A stretch of DNA of 64,000 nt from positions 1,614,001-1,678,000 of the forward strand of contig CM075994.1 in the NCBI GenBank assembly GCA_038087875.1, read 5' to 3'. The notes below the pieces were generated by a model. That model worked only from the letters and a program-made list of their open reading frames with translations, was not told the DNA's origin and did no database searches. Shown here piece after piece: positions 14,140 to 27,600 of the stretch. The stretch is from Malacoraja senta. Taxonomy: Eukaryota. Position 1 is the stretch's first letter, and the number at the start of each line of letters is the position of its first letter. Position numbers and translations under genes: made by a program.

Positions 14140-14930
14140 GCACCGGACTCCGAAAGGTCTTCGCGTCCCATGCGAGAAACGCGAGCCTTTGGTTGGTGGT
14201 GGTGGTGGGGTCAACCCGTTTGATCACAGACCCGGCAGAGTCCGCTCGGACCGGGGAGGTGCATGGGGGTGGAGAGGAAGGGAAGAAGGGAGAAGAGAAA
14301 GAGGGGAGGGGGGGTGGGAGGGGTGGAGAGAGAGTGTGGAGAGAGAGGGGGGGAAGAGAGAAAGGGGAGAGGGGGAGAGAGGTGATGGCCTGGTTTAATG
14401 TAGCACCTCCCTTGTTTAGCTACGGCGCTCCGGCCGGTGCGGGTCAGGGGCATCGAGGGTGATCTCTTACCATGGCATCGTAGCTCAGCTTGTTCATGAA
14501 ATGAGCAGCCTCGCTGCCCTTGTAGTAGTTGAACCAGATGGTGCCCTGGTACTGATCGCCCGCGTCCAGCAACAGCACGTTGGCTTCGCGGGCCCGCAGC
14601 TCCTTGACCTTGGTGAGTCTGCGGGCCACGCCGGCGAAGCAGCGGCTGGTGTCGGCGCCGCACCTGCCCGAGTCCTCGCTCGTCTGCTCCACCCGGCCGT
14701 GTACATCGTTGGTGTGGAGCACGGTGAGCTGGAAAGCGGCGGCGTGCCCGGTGCACAGCAGCAGGTAGAGCGGCAGCAGCAGCAGCAGCGGCAGCAGAGA
14801 GGTGGAGGAGCAGCCCATGGTCTGTGCCGGACGCGGAGATACAGCAGCTCGGTGATACGGTGCGTTTAGCGGGAGCTGCTGATAGCGCGGATGCGCTACG
14901 AGTTTGACTGGAGACTCAGCGCTCGGTTAA
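14140..14930. promoter_or_regulatory. CpG-rich island over NT5E exon 1 and proximal promoter
   Basis: Visibly high GC and CpG density around the ATG at 14818 compared with the flanks (judged by eye, not computed). Confidence 0.6.
14471..14818 (-). CDS. NT5E: Ecto-5'-nucleotidase (CD73), first coding exon: signal peptide plus N-terminal metallophosphoesterase region
   Basis: Translation MGCSS...(Leu-rich signal)...AAAFQLTVLHTNDVHGRVEQ...LLLDAGDQYQGTIWF...LSYDAM. It contains the HTNDVH and DAGD metal-ligand motifs and ends at a phase-0 GTAAGA donor after YDAM, as in vertebrate NT5E exon 1. The region is CpG-rich. Confidence 0.95.
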
Positions 14931-16407
14931 GCGAAGGCAATAAGTAGCAGTGGGAGTGGGAGTGGGAGAGGCTTCCCTCAAGGATCCTGCGCTGCAGTCA
15001 CACGGGCTGAGTGTATCCAGGGCATGTGGATAAACAGGTCAGACTGGGAGGGGCCACTGGTTCTTCACAGTACACCTTGGCCCATCCCCAAAACTGTGAT
15101 GACCTCGGGTGCCGTCTGTGTGGAGTTTGCACGTTCTCATTGGCCTCTGTAAATTGGCCCAAGGCTGTAGGTGAGAGATGGGGACTTGGAAGGAATTTGG
15201 ATGGACAAGGAACTGCAGATAAAACACGTGTTGGAGTAACTCAATGAGTCAGGTCGCATCTCTAGGGAACATGGTAACGTTTCGGATGGTGTCCCTTCTT
15301 CAGACTACAGAGGCAGGAACCTTGACCCAAAATCAAAGTGCTGGAGGACCTCAGTGGGTCAGGCAGCATCTGTGGAGACTGATCAGTCTGGAGAAGGATC
15401 CTGACCCAAAATTCCATTCACCAGAAAGTTGCCTGGGTTAGAGTCTGAAGATGGGTCCCGATCCGAAAGACAACCACCCTTTTTTTAGTTTAGTTTAGTT
15501 CAGAAACAGGCCCTTTGGCCTACCCTGCCAATTAACCTACAACCATCTTCATCTTTGGAGTGTGGGAGGAAACCGAAGATCTCGGACAAAATCCACTCGG
15601 TCACGGGGGTGAACGTACAAACTCCGTACAGACAGCACCCGTAAGGCAGCAACTACCACAGCACCGCCGTGCCACCCAGAGATGCAACCTGACCCGCTGA
15701 ATTACTCCAGCGCTTTATGTGTATCTTGGGTTTGAGAGTATATGCTTTAAGGAGCAGTTCGACAGACTTGGATTGTTTTCTCTAATATGACGGAATTGTT
15801 GGGGGGAGGAAGGGGGGGGGGGGTGGGGGGAGAGAGAGACCTGATACATGATAATGAGAGGCATAAATTGGGTAGACAGTCAGAACATTTTTTTGCAGGC
15901 TATAAACGTCAAAGACCAGGCATAACTTTATGGTGAGAGAAGCAAAGTTTAAAGGAGAAGTGTGGACTTTCTGCTGACTGGATAGCACGCAACAAAAAAG
16001 CTTTTCACTGTACCTCAGTACACATGACAATAACCTAAACTAAACACACAGGCCAAGGAGATCAGTTTAACTTGGCATCATGTTCGACATGGATATTGTG
16101 GGCCGAAGGGCCTGCTTCTGTGTTGTATGGTCTAGGCTCCATGTTCATCCACCATTCAGGATGAACGGTGCAAATTGGATTGAACTTTGGACAGTCATGA
16201 GGTGTCAATATCTGTAGAATGTCCATCCCTGACCCACCTTTGTCACCAATCATATATGACTGGACCAGCTCCATGCTGACTCCAACATCTGATAGTGCTC
16301 CATTTAACAAAGGTAACACTGTTATTGCAAAGAAGAGATGGATGGCATGGGCTATGGATCACATGTAGGCAGGAGGGATTAGTTCAACTTGGCATCATGT
16401 TTGGCAC

Positions 16408-17684
16408 CAGGCACGCGCCGTCAGGGTAGGCAAGGTAGGCACTGCCTACCCTGACTAAAATTATGACATGGTAATCATTAAATATAAATAGTAAAGGCAT
16501 GGGAGAATTATGCCTATCTAAGAGATCGATCTCTTTGGTAGGCATAATTCTCCGCGCCTTTCAACCGCAGCACTTGTAACACGGGAAGCTCTGTGCAGCC
16601 CACGTGCCGTCAGCGTTGCTTGAAGCTGTCAATTTCAAGGGGAACTGAAGGCAGCTGAAATTCTGCCTTTGCAGTACTGCGCATGCGCAGCGCAAGTTTA
16701 TTGGCGGGTTTTTCAAATATGGATTGCCATTATCTGAAGGGTATGTTAGGAAGCAAAGAGAGAAGAATGGAGTTCGTGTACCGATAACGTGGTAAGTACA
16801 TTTCTTGGTGCTTTATGTTTTTAAATACTGTATTTCCCGGGGTGGGGGAGAGCTCCTTTCACAGTGTTTGGGGAGTCTGGCCCGGGGTAAATTTGCAGGG
16901 AAGGCAGGATCGTTGTGAAGGAGGGGATCGGGGCCAGTAATCCACTTGCGACGCTCCGGGCACGGAGGAGTGAAGTAGCTTGGGTGGCTGCGAGTGGCCG
17001 CCGGGACCGGACAGCCCATTCTGCCGGTCCCCGCACACCTCTGGCAGTGCTCTCCGTCTGAAAACCTCTCTCCTGCCGCTCACCGGCCTCACTCAGGCCG
17101 GTGAGTGGCAGGTGATAGGTGTTCAGACGGAGGGCACTGCCAGAGGTGAGCGGGCCGGCAGAAAGCGCTGAAGTGGCAGCCGGTTCTGCTGTCGGGTCCT
17201 GGCAGCCGCTCGCAGTCACCCGAGCTGCTTCCTTCCCCAGAAGTGGCGGCCAGTTCTGCTGTCCGTGCCAGGAGCGTTGTGGCAACGGTGAGTGAGTCTG
17301 ATATGATCTCCGACCCCCTCCTTCTCAACATCCTGCCCTCCCCGCAACTTTAACCCCTGGCACAGACTCTCCACATGCTGAGAAAGTAACTCTCCCTCCA
17401 GTTGGACCCTTGAATTAGTATTGTCATTCAATAAGATGACAACTGATTCATGTTGTCCCGGTGTGCTCCAATTTTTCCCACCATCTCTCCACCTGCCTTC
17501 ATCCTCCATCCCCCACCCATTCAGTAATTAAAAAATGAAGGAGATTTAGAAGCCTTGGGCAAATTGAATTGTAACTTATTTCAATTTTTTATTTTTAATG
17601 AGAGAACAATCTGCGCATGCCAGGTTTAAGATTTTTTTTTAAGCCGCCTGCCTACCCTGAATAATTACTCACGGCACGTGCCTG
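16408..17684. mobile_element. Non-autonomous hAT-superfamily DNA transposon
   Basis: 14-bp TIRs CAGGCACGCGCCGT / ACGGCACGTGCCTG (13/14 match) and a perfect 8-bp TSD TTTGGCAC at 16400-16407 and 17685-17692. Subterminal CAGGGTAGGCA / TGCCTACCCTG motifs. No transposase ORF recognised. Confidence 0.9.
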
Positions 17685-18755
17685 TTTGGCACGGACTTAA
17701 GAGTTATAGTCATACTGCATGGAAACAATCCCTTCGGACCAACCTGCCCACGCCGACCAACATGTCCGATCTACACTAGTCCCACCTGTGTGCGTTTGGC
17801 CCATATTCCTCGTTTGGCCCATACAGCTCATTCTGTATACCCACCATAGTTTGTGTAAAAAAAGTTACCCCTCAGGTTCTAATTAAATCTCCCCACCCCT
17901 CACCTTAACCTATGCCCTCTGGTTCTCGATTCCCCTACTATGGGCAAGAGACTCTGTACATTTACCCTATCTATTCCTCTCACAATTTTGTACACGCCAC
18001 ATCCTCCTGTGCTCCAAGGAATAGAGTCCCAGCCTGCTCAACCTCTACATATAGCTCAGGCCCTTGAGTCCTGGCAACAACCTTGTAAATTTTCGCTATA
18101 ACATCTTTGCTATAACATGGTGCCCAAAGCTGATGAGGCATAGCTGCACCATGACCTCCCAACTACTAAAATCAATACTTCGACTGATGAAGGCCAAAGT
18201 GCCAAAAGCATTGTGGGCATAAGGACCTGCTCCTCTGCAGTACTGTTCTAATTTCTAATACTATGCAAAATAAAGTCAAGTAAAAACTCTAGTACAATAG
18301 ATACAAAGCATACAGAGTGCAGAATATAGTTCTCAGGATTGTAGCGCATCGGTTCCATGGATATAGATCTTGTGCAGGCAGAGAGGATTAGTTAAATTGG
18401 CAGCATATTCGACACACAATGATGTCCTTGTTACTGTGCTGTACTGTTCTATGTTCTTCTTCACAGCTGCAGCAGCATGGTCATTGTGGGCAGAAGGTCT
18501 GTTTCTGTGCTGTACTATCCTCTGTTCTACATTCTATGCAGCATGACCTGCTAGTTTTCTCCAGCACTCTTTGAAAGGGATGTGGGATCAGTGTAAATAG
18601 GAGCCTGATGGTAGGCATGGCTCAGCGGGCAGAAGGGCCTGTTTCTGTCCTGTGTGAGTCTTTGACTCATTGAAGACTTCCCACTCCTGACACTGGCTCT
18701 CCAGACTATGTTTAACTGAGAGGTGCTGTGGGCTGTGGTCAGGTGGTTCGGGAAA

Positions 18756-18955
18756 NNNNNNNNNNNNNNNNNNNNNNNNNNNNNNNNNNNNNNNNNNNNN
18801 NNNNNNNNNNNNNNNNNNNNNNNNNNNNNNNNNNNNNNNNNNNNNNNNNNNNNNNNNNNNNNNNNNNNNNNNNNNNNNNNNNNNNNNNNNNNNNNNNNNN
18901 NNNNNNNNNNNNNNNNNNNNNNNNNNNNNNNNNNNNNNNNNNNNNNNNNNNNNNN
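18756..18955. other. Assembly gap (200 N)
   Basis: Exactly 200 N. The round number suggests a placeholder of unknown true size. Confidence 0.99.
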
Positions 18956-19159
18956 CAGTGGGCCGAGAGGCCTGTTTCTGCGCAGTATCTCGAAACTAAA
19001 CTAAACTAAATGCAGCAGCTCTACCACCCTTCTAAACTCCAGCGAGTACAGGCCCAGAGCCGTCAAACACTCTTATCCCCGGGATTATTCCCATTAACCT
19101 TCTCAGGACCTTGGTGAATGCCGATTTTAACGGGTGTTTTAATTTTGTGGCCATTCTAG

Positions 19160-19329
19160 GCAGCACGGATATATCGGTGGTCTCGGCTTACATCAAGCAG
19201 ATGCAACTGGTTTACCCTGCGGTTGAAGGACGGATCTTGTTCACGCAAAGCAGCGGCACACACCCCACCATGAACCTGCACTTCGCATTGCCTCTCTTCT
19301 CGATTCTCGCCGGGTTCCTGCACTTGTAG
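19160..19329 (+). CDS. NT5E: Ecto-5'-nucleotidase (CD73), terminal coding exon with GPI-anchor signal
   Basis: Acceptor ccattctAG at 19158-59, then (G)STDISVVSAYIKQMQLVYPAVEGRILFTQSSGTHPTMNLHFALPLFSILAGFLHL*. This matches the CD73 C-terminus (human, from memory: DINVVSTYISKMKVIYPAVEGRIKFS plus hydrophobic tail). Confidence 0.9.
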
Positions 19330-21920
19330 ATCCTGGCGAGTCATGGCGGAAGAGTTCAGGGAAATAGCAGCTTGCATTTTTTAATTTAAAAAAATCAACG
19401 TATATTGGACACAATGACAGCAACAAATCCAATCTTCTCTTCCAAGCCAGCAGCAGGTCAATCCCCAGCCTGACTGTGGGATCCAGAGACACCGGAGGTT
19501 TCTGAGATTGCAAAACCCCACATTATTTATGAAGGATGCAAGGAACAGCAGATGCTGGTTTTCAAAAGGAAAAGGGCACAAAGTGCTGGAGTAACTCAGC
19601 GGCTCAGGCAGCATCTCTGGAGAACATGAATAGGTGACGTTTCGGGTCGAGTCGCTTCTTCAGACTGGGTGAATCTCCCCTGCACACTCTGCTGCACAGA
19701 TGCATCTTTCCTGCAGTGCAGCACACAGTATTGCAGCAGCTTGATATGGTTGCGATGGACAGGGACCTTTCACACAGACCAGACTCCCCACCATCGACTC
19801 CATTTACACTCCACGCTGCCTCAGTAAAGCAGCCAACATAATCAAAGATACACAAAAATGCTGGAGAAACTCAGCGGGTGCAGCAGCATCTATGGAGCGA
19901 AGGAAATAGGCAACGTTTCGCGCCAAAACCCTTCTTCATAGATGCTGCTGCACCCGCTGAGTTTCTCCAGCATTTTTGTGTACCTTCGATTTTCCAGCAT
20001 CTGCAGTTCCTTCTTAAACAAAATCAAAGACTTGTCCCACCCCGGTCACTCCTTCTCTCCGCTCCCCTCAGGCAGAATACACAGAAGCTTGAAAGCGCGC
20101 ACCACCGGACTCAGGAACAGCTTCTTCCCCTCTGTTATTAGGCTTCTGAATAGTCCTTCTATAAGCTGAGGTAATGTATGATTCACCTCTACCTCATTGA
20201 GGACATTGGCTCCTGCTTCAGGCTCAAGAAGGGTGGACAAGATGGAAGAACCTGACACTAAACTTCCCCTATCCATATTCACCAGAGACAGACTGCTGGA
20301 GTAACTCAGTGAGTCAGACAGCATCCCTGGAGAAAAGGAATAGGTGACGTTTTGGATCGGGACCCTTCTTCAGACTGATAGAGATGATGGGGCGGTGAAA
20401 AAAAATGGAGGTGAGGAAAGACCAGAACAAATCAGTGCCGGCAACAGATGACCTCAGAAAGGGTGGAGCTAATGACCCATTGTTGACCTCGGGAAAGGTG
20501 GAGTCCATAGACTATTCTCCAGAGATGTTGCCCAACCTGCTGAGTTACTCCAGCACTGAATTTATGAATCACCGTTCTTGACCTCAGGAAGACCCGAGCA
20601 CTTTACAACCACGTCCAGAGAATTGTTGCTGCTGTAACGCGGTGGAATGCAGCAACCAATTTGCAGGGCTTTGTTGACAGGGCAGTGAGTTAGATGACTG
20701 GTTTATCTACCCTTGGATTTAGCAGGAGGGGGAAGAATCGGCCTGAGCGCTGGTTTGTGCAGTTTGCAAACATCAACCTGTACTGTGGGCTGGGATATAG
20801 GCTAAATGCAGGCAGGTGGGATTAGTGTAGATGGGGCATCGTGGACGGTGTGGGCAAGTTGTGCTGAAGGACCTGTTTCTTTGCTGTATGACTCTATCAA
20901 ATTACAACATTGAAAGTCATGTCCACAACCTCCCGCAGCGACCAGCATTCACGGAAGCCTCCAAAGTACCCGTGGACACCATGTCTTCCTTCTCCGGGGA
21001 ATCGAGGGCACGGACGTAATGCCTGGAAAGAGGGGCAGGCAGTCGACATGGACCGGACCCTCGACTGTCCGATGCCTGGGTCATCTTGGCCAGCCCCAGG
21101 AGCAAACATACAGGGAGATTCCCCCCTCCCATCGACCCTCCTCCCCCCACCCCGGGCGACCAATGGTCAGGAGTGTGGAGGAAGCCGACTGACATCAAGC
21201 TATTACTGAGATCACAAGAAGATTGACTTCACAAACACACAGCACGGACTCGAACAGAACATTGGTGGTGGGATCACAGCTGTAGGGATCAGCAGAACCT
21301 ACAGACTACACAACTCCGAGGCACAAAGACTTTCACCCACTGTGATTCACAAGGAATTCCTTTGAAATCAGGTCACTTTAATCAAAGCACAAAGCTTATG
21401 TTTTACCAAAGACACATGTAGATAAATGGAAATCACTGTTGGCACAGGAGTAATGATACAGTTTTATATTGAAAGTGGTTGATTTACAATATTTTTGATT
21501 GGTGTCACTGGATGCACATACATTAAACCTTCGTTATTATACACCTCTTTATAATGGATTTTAGTTCTAACGGACTATCGTTAAGAACACAGTCTGCTAG
21601 TTGCAATGTGAGGCTGTTGAAATTGGCATGGCATTGAAATTGGCAAGCAATCGCTTTCAACCGCACTTAATTTATTTAAACAATGTAACAAACAGCCTTT
21701 AGTATTTGTCGCTTGCAGTAACAAAAAAACATTTTTAGGTGTTAATGAATTTGTACTTGAAAACATTTCATTGCTGCACAACACCCGTGTCAGCTCGGTG
21801 TGGGGAGCAAATCCCTGACTCGGTGATATGGGCAATCGGCAATAACGGCAGCATTCCCCCCCCCCCCCCGCCCCCCATGGTCTGTTATAGCGAAGGTTTG
21901 CTGTACTGACACCGATTATG

Positions 21921-21926
21921 AATAAA
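21921..21926 (+). promoter_or_regulatory. Candidate NT5E polyadenylation signal
   Basis: AATAAA at the end of an AT-rich non-repeat tract (~21200-21930; ATTTATTTA at ~21670), followed by T-rich sequence, ~2.6 kb after the stop codon. Confidence 0.4.
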
Positions 21927-23596
21927 AGTAATGTAATTTTATATGATCTTATAAAGTTGATTTGAGCAGCAAAATTAATTTTATTCCAATTATTTGTAAT
22001 AGATCACAGGATTTTATTTAGTTGGAATTAGTTTTTATTCAAACCCTACTTTATTTTTCCTCACGGTCGAGTTAAGTATTTATTTTTCAAGCTGTGCAGA
22101 GAAAAGTTTGGGAGCCTGGACCTGTTTAGTTTTAGAGATACAGCGTGGCCCACCGAATCCGCACCGGCCGATTTACGAGGATGTTGCCATGAATCGAGGG
22201 CCTGAGCTATAGGGAGAGGTTGAGCAGGCTAGGAATATATTCCTTGGAGCGCAGGAGATTGAGGGCTGATCTTATAAAGGTGCACAAAATCATGAGAGGA
22301 ATAGATTGGGTAAATGCACAGCCTTTTGCCTGGAGTAGGGGAATCATAGGTTCAGTAGGAAAACCATAGGTTTAAGGTGAGGGGTAACTTTTTTTTACAC
22401 AAAAGTTGGCGAGTATATGGAGCGAGCTGCCAGAGAAGGTAGTTTAGTTTAGAGATACAGCGTGGAAACAGGCCCTTGGGCCCACATAGTCCGCACCGAC
22501 CAGCAATCCCTGCGCACTAGCACTATCCTACACTCACTAGGGACATTTACATTTATACCAAGCCAATTAACCTACAAACCTGTACGTCTTTGGAGTGTGG
22601 GAGAAAACCCACGCAGGTCACAGGGAGAAGGTACAAAAACATACAGCACCTATAAATCAGGATCGAACCCGGGGCTGTAATTCTACCGCTACGCCACCGT
22701 GCTGCCATCAACTGCTGCAGTTGAGACAATGTTTAAGAAACATAGACAGGTACACGAATAGGACAGGTTTAGTGGGATATGTGCTAAATACAGGCAGGTG
22801 GGACTAGTATAGATGGGACATGTTGGTTGACCTGGGCAAGTTGGGCCGAATATCCTGTTTCCACACTGTATGACCAGCGACCAGCCACATACTAATTCTA
22901 TTCTATACACGAGGAACAATTTTTACAGGAACTAATTAACCTTAAAACCTGCATGTATTCGGAATGTGGAAGGAAACCAAATTACCTGGAGAAAACCCAC
23001 GTAGTCCCAGGGTGAACGTACAAACTCCGCACAGGCAACACCCATAGACTCGCGTCTCTACCACAGTGCTGCCCAGTTTTACAGCATTATAGAAAAAGCA
23101 GAAGTGCAAGGGGGTGCAGTGAGGTAGATTTGGAGATCGGAACTAACCCCTTGCTTATGGGAGAACCATTCAGTAGTCTGATAACAGAAGGAAAGAAGCT
23201 GGTCCTGAATCTGGTGGTACAACGGAGGAGGAGCCATCTTGGTGAACAGCTGCTAATCAGTTCACTGCTAATCAGCAGCCGTCCATTTAATTCACTTTTT
23301 TTTTGTAGTTTTAGTTAGTCTTGTGTGCTGTCTGTAGGAGAACTAGACTTTTAATGTAGGGGCAAGGGGGTAACCTTATTTCTAGGTCCCTACCTGGTCG
23401 GTGAGGCAGCTTTTTCTCCGGGTTGCCCCGTCGACCCGTCCTCGTGGCCTACCAGCGGGCGTGGAGCGCCATTTCCTGGCGGGGACCGCCCAGCACCTTC
23501 AGCTTCGGTGGCGGCACAGCACTGGAGCGCTATCACGGAGTGGAGCAGGCGATGCCTTGCCTGGGTCGCCGTGCTGGATCGACGCGCTGGAGCTCA

Positions 23597-24606
23597 GTGA
23601 GTGTAGTCCCCTACACTCACTGAGCCAATGTGTCAAACATATCAATGAGTGGATCAACCAGAACTTCCTCCAGCTCAATGCAAATAAGACAGAAATTATT
23701 GTCTTTGGTCCCAAAAAAACAAGGTTAGAGGTGAGTGCTCAACTCGACTCAATTGCACTGAAAACTACAGACAAAGCCAGAAACCTTGGTGTAGTTATGG
23801 ACTCGGATTTGAATTTTAACAGCCATATAAAGACCATTACCAGATCTGCCTATTACCATCTAAAAAATATTGCAAGAATCAAGGGATTGCTGTCCAAAGA
23901 AGACACTGAAAAACTTGTTCATGCATATATTTTTAGTAGGTTAGATTATTGTAATGGTATCTTTACAGGTCTCAATAAAAAATCAATTAAACAACTGCAG
24001 CTTATCCAAAATGCCGCTGCCAGAGTCTTGACCAACACCAAGAAAATGGACCACATTACACCTGTCCTTAAATCTTTGCACTGGCTCCCTGGGTGTAAGA
24101 GGATAGATTTTAAAATTCTGTTACTGAGCTACAAGGCACTGAATGGTCTAGGTCCAAAATACATCTCTGACCTACTTGTTGTATATGAGGCGCCTAGACT
24201 CCTCAGGTCTTCAGGGACAGGTTTACTCTGTGTTCCCAGGGTCAGAACTAAAAAGGCTGAAGCAGCATTGGGTTTTTATGCTCCACACCTGTGGAACAAG
24301 CTCCGTGAACACCTGAGCACAGACTGTAAGCGCATTTAAATCAGGCCTTAAAACACTGTTGTTTACTAAAGCTTTTACATAACCTGACATGCAGGTAATC
24401 TTAACTGTCTAATTTTAACCCTTTTATGTGCTTTTTAAAATTGTTTTATTGCTTCATTGACGTTGTTTTATTATTCATACTTTTGTCGTATTGCTTATTT
24501 TGCCATTTTTAATTATTGACTATTTTATTTTTTCTTTCCTGTAAAGCACCTTGAATTGCTGTTTGCACGAATGGTGCTATACAAATAAATTTGCCTTGCC
24601 TTGCCT
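23597..24606 (+). mobile_element. L2-clade LINE 3' fragment inserted in a GC-rich repeat
   Basis: NFLQLNANKTEII, SRLDYCNG and QNAAARVL motifs; (TTGCC)n tail at ~24591-24606. Confidence 0.88.
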
Positions 24607-27600
24607 GTGACCGCCGAGCTCAACATCTCCGGGCTGCGGGCCTGCGGAGCGCAGCGGGCGGCGCCGACTTCAACATCGGGAGCCTGGGAGCTCAAAACCG
24701 GCGCGGCCTTGTCGGCTTCGGAAGCTGCGGTCTACGGCAATGGAAGCGGCCGTTCCAGGTGGCCCAGCCGCTGAGAGGACTCTCCTGACGCCGGGGCAAC
24801 GGCACCCGGCGAGAACGCCCAGGAACATCGGGCCTCCATAGAGGCAATAGCGGAGGCCTCAATAGGCCTGACTGTGGGAGAACTGGGGATGGGGACTGGA
24901 CATTGTGCCTTCCCCCACAGTGGTAACCATTGTGGGGGGATGATTTTTGTATGTAGTGTCTATTTTAGTCTGTGTCCAAAATGGCGGTCGGAAGGGAGAG
25001 TGGACGCTGGCGCGGTTTAGCTGCCACTGCTCTCTCTTCACATTGTGTTTCTGATTTTTATTTTCTTTGTGTGTCTTTGGATCGAATTCTGTCTTTAATT
25101 TGTGTATTGGTGATGTCTTTATAATTTATTTTACTCCGATTATTTGTTTCTTACTTGTTAAACTCTGTAAGATGTCCTTGAGACTTTGGTATAAGGCGCC
25201 CATAAATAAAATTGATAATAATTATTATTATTACATGCATGCTTTCAAGCTTTTGTATCTACTGCCTGACAGGTGAGGTGAGAAGAAAGAATGACCGAGT
25301 GAAAATAATCCTTGAATCTGTTGGCCACTTTGCCGAGGCAAGGTGAAGAATAGACGGAGTCCATAGAGGGGCGGGGAGGTTGGTCTGTGTAATGGACTGG
25401 GCAACATCCACATATCTCTGCAATTTCTTGCAGTTTTGAGCTGTTGCTAAACCAAGCTGATACACGTGTAGAAACAAAGAACTGCAGATGCTGTTTTTTT
25501 ACCAAAGATGGACACAAAGTGCTGGATTAACTCACCGGTCAGGTAGAATCTTTGGAAAAAAAGGATGAGTGAAGAAGCCCTTCTTCAGAGCCGACCCGAA
25601 ACTTCACCCATCCATTTTCCAACATCACGCATACATAAATCCAATCGAATGTACACTGAAGTGGTCTGAAGAAGGCCTCCGACCGGAAACGTCGCGTATC
25701 CAAGTTCTCCAGAGATGCTGTCTGACCCACTGAGTTACTCCAGCACTTTGTGTCTATCTCCGATAATATGCTTTCTACAGTGTATTTAAAAGTTGGAAAA
25801 AGTAGTTGGAGACATGCTATATTTCCTTAGTCTATCTACCCAACTAAGTAAAACAATGAAAGACACAAAGTGCTGGAGTAACTCAGTGGGTCAGACAGCA
25901 TCTCTGGAGAACTTGGATACGCGACGTTTCCAGTTGGAGGCCTTCTTCAGAACACTTCAGTGTACATTCGATTGGATTTATGTATAGTCTTATCTCATTT
26001 GTTTAGATAACATGCAAAACAAAGCTTTTCACTGTAGCTGCCTACTGCAACATATCAATTACGTTTAAGGAGTAGAATTGTGGGGCTGAAGTTTGCACTT
26101 TAAATTGGTAATTTGGAGATAAGACCAGGAAATATTCTTCAATGCAGAAACATGTGTGGTTTAGTTTAGAGATACAGCATGGAAACAGGCCATTCAGCCT
26201 ACCGAGTCCACGCTGACCATCGATCACCTGTTCACACTAGTTCCATGTTTTCCCACTTTCTCACCCACTTCCTACACACTAGGGGAAATTTACCTACAAA
26301 CCCACACGTCTTTGGTATGTGGGAGGAAACCGGGGCACCCAGAGGAAACCCACGCAGTCATAGGGAGAACGTGCAAACTCCACACACAGACAGCACCCGA
26401 GGTCAGGATCGAACCCGGGTCTCTCTGGTGCCCTGAGGCAGCAGCTCAATCCACAAGTCCAAGGAAGGCGATGGCTGGAGGCCTTGTAACAGCCTGGGGC
26501 TCGCCTGGGTCGGGCACCGCTCATAAGAACTAGAGCACCGACTGGACTTTGAAAATGGCGCCTCTGGCAGGTGGGTGCAGTGGACTATTTCTGTACACTT
26601 GCTAATCGGGGGGGATGGGCTTAGGTATGGTGATACTCTGCTGAGCTATTTGTAAGAAAATAATTTAATTATGCATTGGTACATGTGACAATAAAGCACC
26701 ATTGAACCATCTACCATCCCTAATAAGTTGGATGAGTTGAATGTGCAGATAGCTATTAATGACTATGATATAGTTGGGATCACGGAGACATGGCTACAGG
26801 GTGACCAAGGCTGGGAGCTGAACATCCAGGGATATTCAATATTCAGGAGGGATAGACAGAAAGGAAAAGGAGGTGGGTAGCGTTGCTGGTTAGAGAGGAG
26901 ATTAACGCAATAGAAAGGAAGGACATTAGCTTGGAGGATGTGGAATCGATATGGGTAGAGCTGTGAAACACTAAGGGGCAGAAAACGCTAGTGGGAGTTG
27001 TGTACAGGCCACCTAACAGTAGTAGTGGAGTTGGGGATGGCATCAAACAGGAACAAAGGTAAAACAGTTATAATGGGTGACTTTAATCTACATATAGATT
27101 GGGTGAATCAAATTGGCAGGGGTGCAGAGGAAGAGGATTTCTTGGAATGTATGCGGGATAGTTTTCTAAACCAACATGTAGAGGAACCAACGAGAGAGCA
27201 GGTTATCCTAGAATTGGTATTGAGTAATGAGGAAGGGTTAGTTAGCAGTCTTGTTGTGCGTGGCCCCTTGGGCAAGAGTGACCATAATATGGTTGAGTTT
27301 CATTAGGATGGAGTGACATAATTAATTCAAAAACAAGGGTTCTGAACTTAAAGAAAGGTAACTTTGAGGGTATGAGACGTGAATTGGCCAAGATAGACTG
27401 GCAATTGATTCTTAAAGGTGGATATGCAATGGAAGGCATTTAAAGGCTGCATGGATGAACTATAACAATTGTTCATCCCAGTTTGGCAAAAGAATAAATC
27501 AGGTAAGGTAGTGCTTCTGTGGATAACAAGGGAAATCAGGGATAGTATCAAAACAAAAGATGAAGCATACAAATTAGCCAGAAAAAGCAGCCTACCAGAG

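Noticed and set aside
1..14470. NT5E exon 2 (expected ALGNHEFD...)
   Set aside because: Not found by eye or in the ORF track; it probably lies left of the window.
14211..14869. Alternative-frame and antisense ORFs over NT5E exon 1
   Set aside because: They are by-products of high GC content; only the 14818 frame has CD73 motifs and a proper splice donor.
16813..17509. ORFs inside the hAT element as a transposase
   Set aside because: No BED finger, DDE or hAT dimerisation motifs; these are GC-rich chance ORFs.
18723..19009. ORFs spanning the N run
   Set aside because: They are artefacts of the assembly gap.
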